From: Candidatus Acidifodinimicrobium sp.
GTDB taxonomy: Archaea > Nanobdellota > Nanobdellia > Parvarchaeales > Parvarchaeaceae
Direction: 5' to 3'
NCBI GenBank assembly: GCA_049967035.1
Contig: JBMFTM010000002.1
Span: 1-34,937, forward strand
DNA: 34,937 nt
Shown: piece by piece, positions 34,217 to 34,937 of the stretch
How the letters are laid out: each line of letters opens with the position of its first letter
Numbering within the stretch: position 1 is the stretch's first letter
Made by a program: the position numbers and the translations under genes
The notes under the pieces: generated by a model
Database searches by the model: none
What the model saw: only the letters and a program-made list of their open reading frames with translations
What the model was told of the DNA's origin: nothing

Positions 34217-34417
34217 TTAACTGTACTCTCTCCAGGTATACCCGCACTTCATGCACTTGTAAAACCTTGTCGGCGGCTCGTCGGAGGACCTGGTCTGCTG
34301 CGACCACCCTATGACTTTCTTCTCCCCGCACTTAGGGCATGGGATGTTCTCATACTCCTCATCCGGCACCTCGTTGCTGCTTACGATCTCCACAGTCTTT
34401 AGCTTCTTTTTTTCCAT
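34217..34417 (-). CDS. TFS/RpoM-type C-terminal zinc ribbon only (mini transcript-cleavage factor)
   Basis: 66 aa. CPKCG...QQTRSSDEPPTRFYKCMKCGYTW is the TFIIS/TFS domain III ribbon with an intact acidic DE hairpin. The 25 N-terminal residues contain no Cys, so the N-terminal ribbon is absent. Confidence 0.8.
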   Translation of the reverse strand: MEKKKLKTVEIVSSNEVPDEEYENIPCPKCGEKKVIGWSQQTRSSDEPPTRFYKCMKCGYTWREYS

Positions 34418-34740
34418 GTTAGAATCACTGTTAATACACTAATATTGTGCGTTTCTCCTATTTAACTTTTATCGTTGATGCGCGTTCACCCTCAGGATTA
34501 TAGAAAGCAAAGCTTTTTAAACGCATGCAATCATATAGTATTCTATCCTATATGCGATATAGCCAAAGGCTATGGTGCAGAAAAGGATTGGGAAAAAGTG
34601 AACAAAGAAGTCGTATGAGTTAAGGGCCAGTTGGTTTTGTTTTTCTATTCTTCTTATAAGGGAATAAAAAATCTTTAAAATCTTCTGCCTTTCAGTCTTA
34701 TGCTTCCTTTTTTCCGTAAAGATTAGGAGGAAAAAGTAGT

Positions 34741-34881
34741 ATGGCTTTTCAGCGTCAAATGTATACTGCTGTCTGCTCCGACTGTGGGAAAGAAACTCAG
34801 GTTCCTTTCAAGCCAGTTGAGGGAAGACCAGTCTACTGCAGGGACTGCTACATGAAGAGAAAGTCTGAAGGAAGACTTTGA
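34741..34881 (+). CDS. Small CxxC-x17-CxxC zinc-ribbon protein (46 aa), missed by the ORF track
   Basis: Translates to MAFQRQMYTAVCSDCGKETQVPFKPVEGRPVYCRDCYMKRKSEGRL. AGGAGG (34725-34730) lies 10 nt upstream of the ATG. The Cys spacing matches the widespread CxxC-x17-CxxC small-protein domain. Confidence 0.7.
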   Translation: MAFQRQMYTAVCSDCGKETQVPFKPVEGRPVYCRDCYMKRKSEGRL

Positions 34882-34937
34882 GTGATTCTAAGTAGTAGAA
34901 AGAAAAAAATTGAACGATTATAATTTTTATTTTTTTT

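Noticed and set aside
1-34937. A search by eye for CRISPR repeats, tandem repeats, IS elements, integrases, toxin-antitoxin pairs or restriction-modification operons.
   Set aside because: I saw no regularly spaced direct repeats and no transposase- or integrase-like ORFs. The two PD-(D/E)xK-like proteins have no adjacent methyltransferase or ATPase partners. An exhaustive repeat search needs a program, which I could not run.

Overview
This is an archaeal chromosomal window from a very compact, moderately AT-rich genome. The archaeal assignment rests on eS4, eL32, eL19, L10e, RNase P Rpp29, PCNA, aCPSF1, LonB and the proteasome beta subunit. Lineage cannot be fixed from sequence alone. The N-glycosylation-sequon-rich surface proteins, the tRNA intron and the extreme gene packing would fit a small-genome DPANN-like or Thermoplasmata-like archaeon, but that is a guess.

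The core (9.4-18.1 kb) is a spc-type ribosomal protein operon: rnp1-S17-L14-L24-S4e-L5-S14-S8-L6-L32e-L19e-L18-S5-L30-L15-secY, followed by a DUF106/YidC-like insertase. The rest is mostly housekeeping: LonB, a RIO kinase, an MGMT-like protein, L10e, a PduO-type adenosyltransferase, PCNA, Dph6, aCPSF1/FttA, proteasome beta, GlyRS, NAD(P)HX dehydratase, a TrxR-like FNR and a TFS-like zinc ribbon.

Three RNA genes are not explained by the ORF track:
- An intron-containing tRNA(CAU) at 554-639.
- A compact SRP (7S) RNA at about 7506-7773, hidden under spurious ORFs.
- tRNA-Ser(GCU) at 7839-7921.

I found no CRISPR array, transposase, integrase or obvious repeat family.

The least ordinary stretch is 24.6-30.9 kb. 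Next to psmB it holds:
- A ribbon-helix-helix domain fused to a degenerate sugar-nucleotidyltransferase-like domain.
- An orphan AAA+ ATPase with a Vps4-style pore loop and a C-terminal Hb-Y-X-like tail.
- An unassignable 274-aa protein.
- A PC4-like small protein.
- A Lon (S16) peptidase domain that appears to be displayed outside the cell as a glycoprotein.

All functional calls come from motif recognition by eye. No searches were run.
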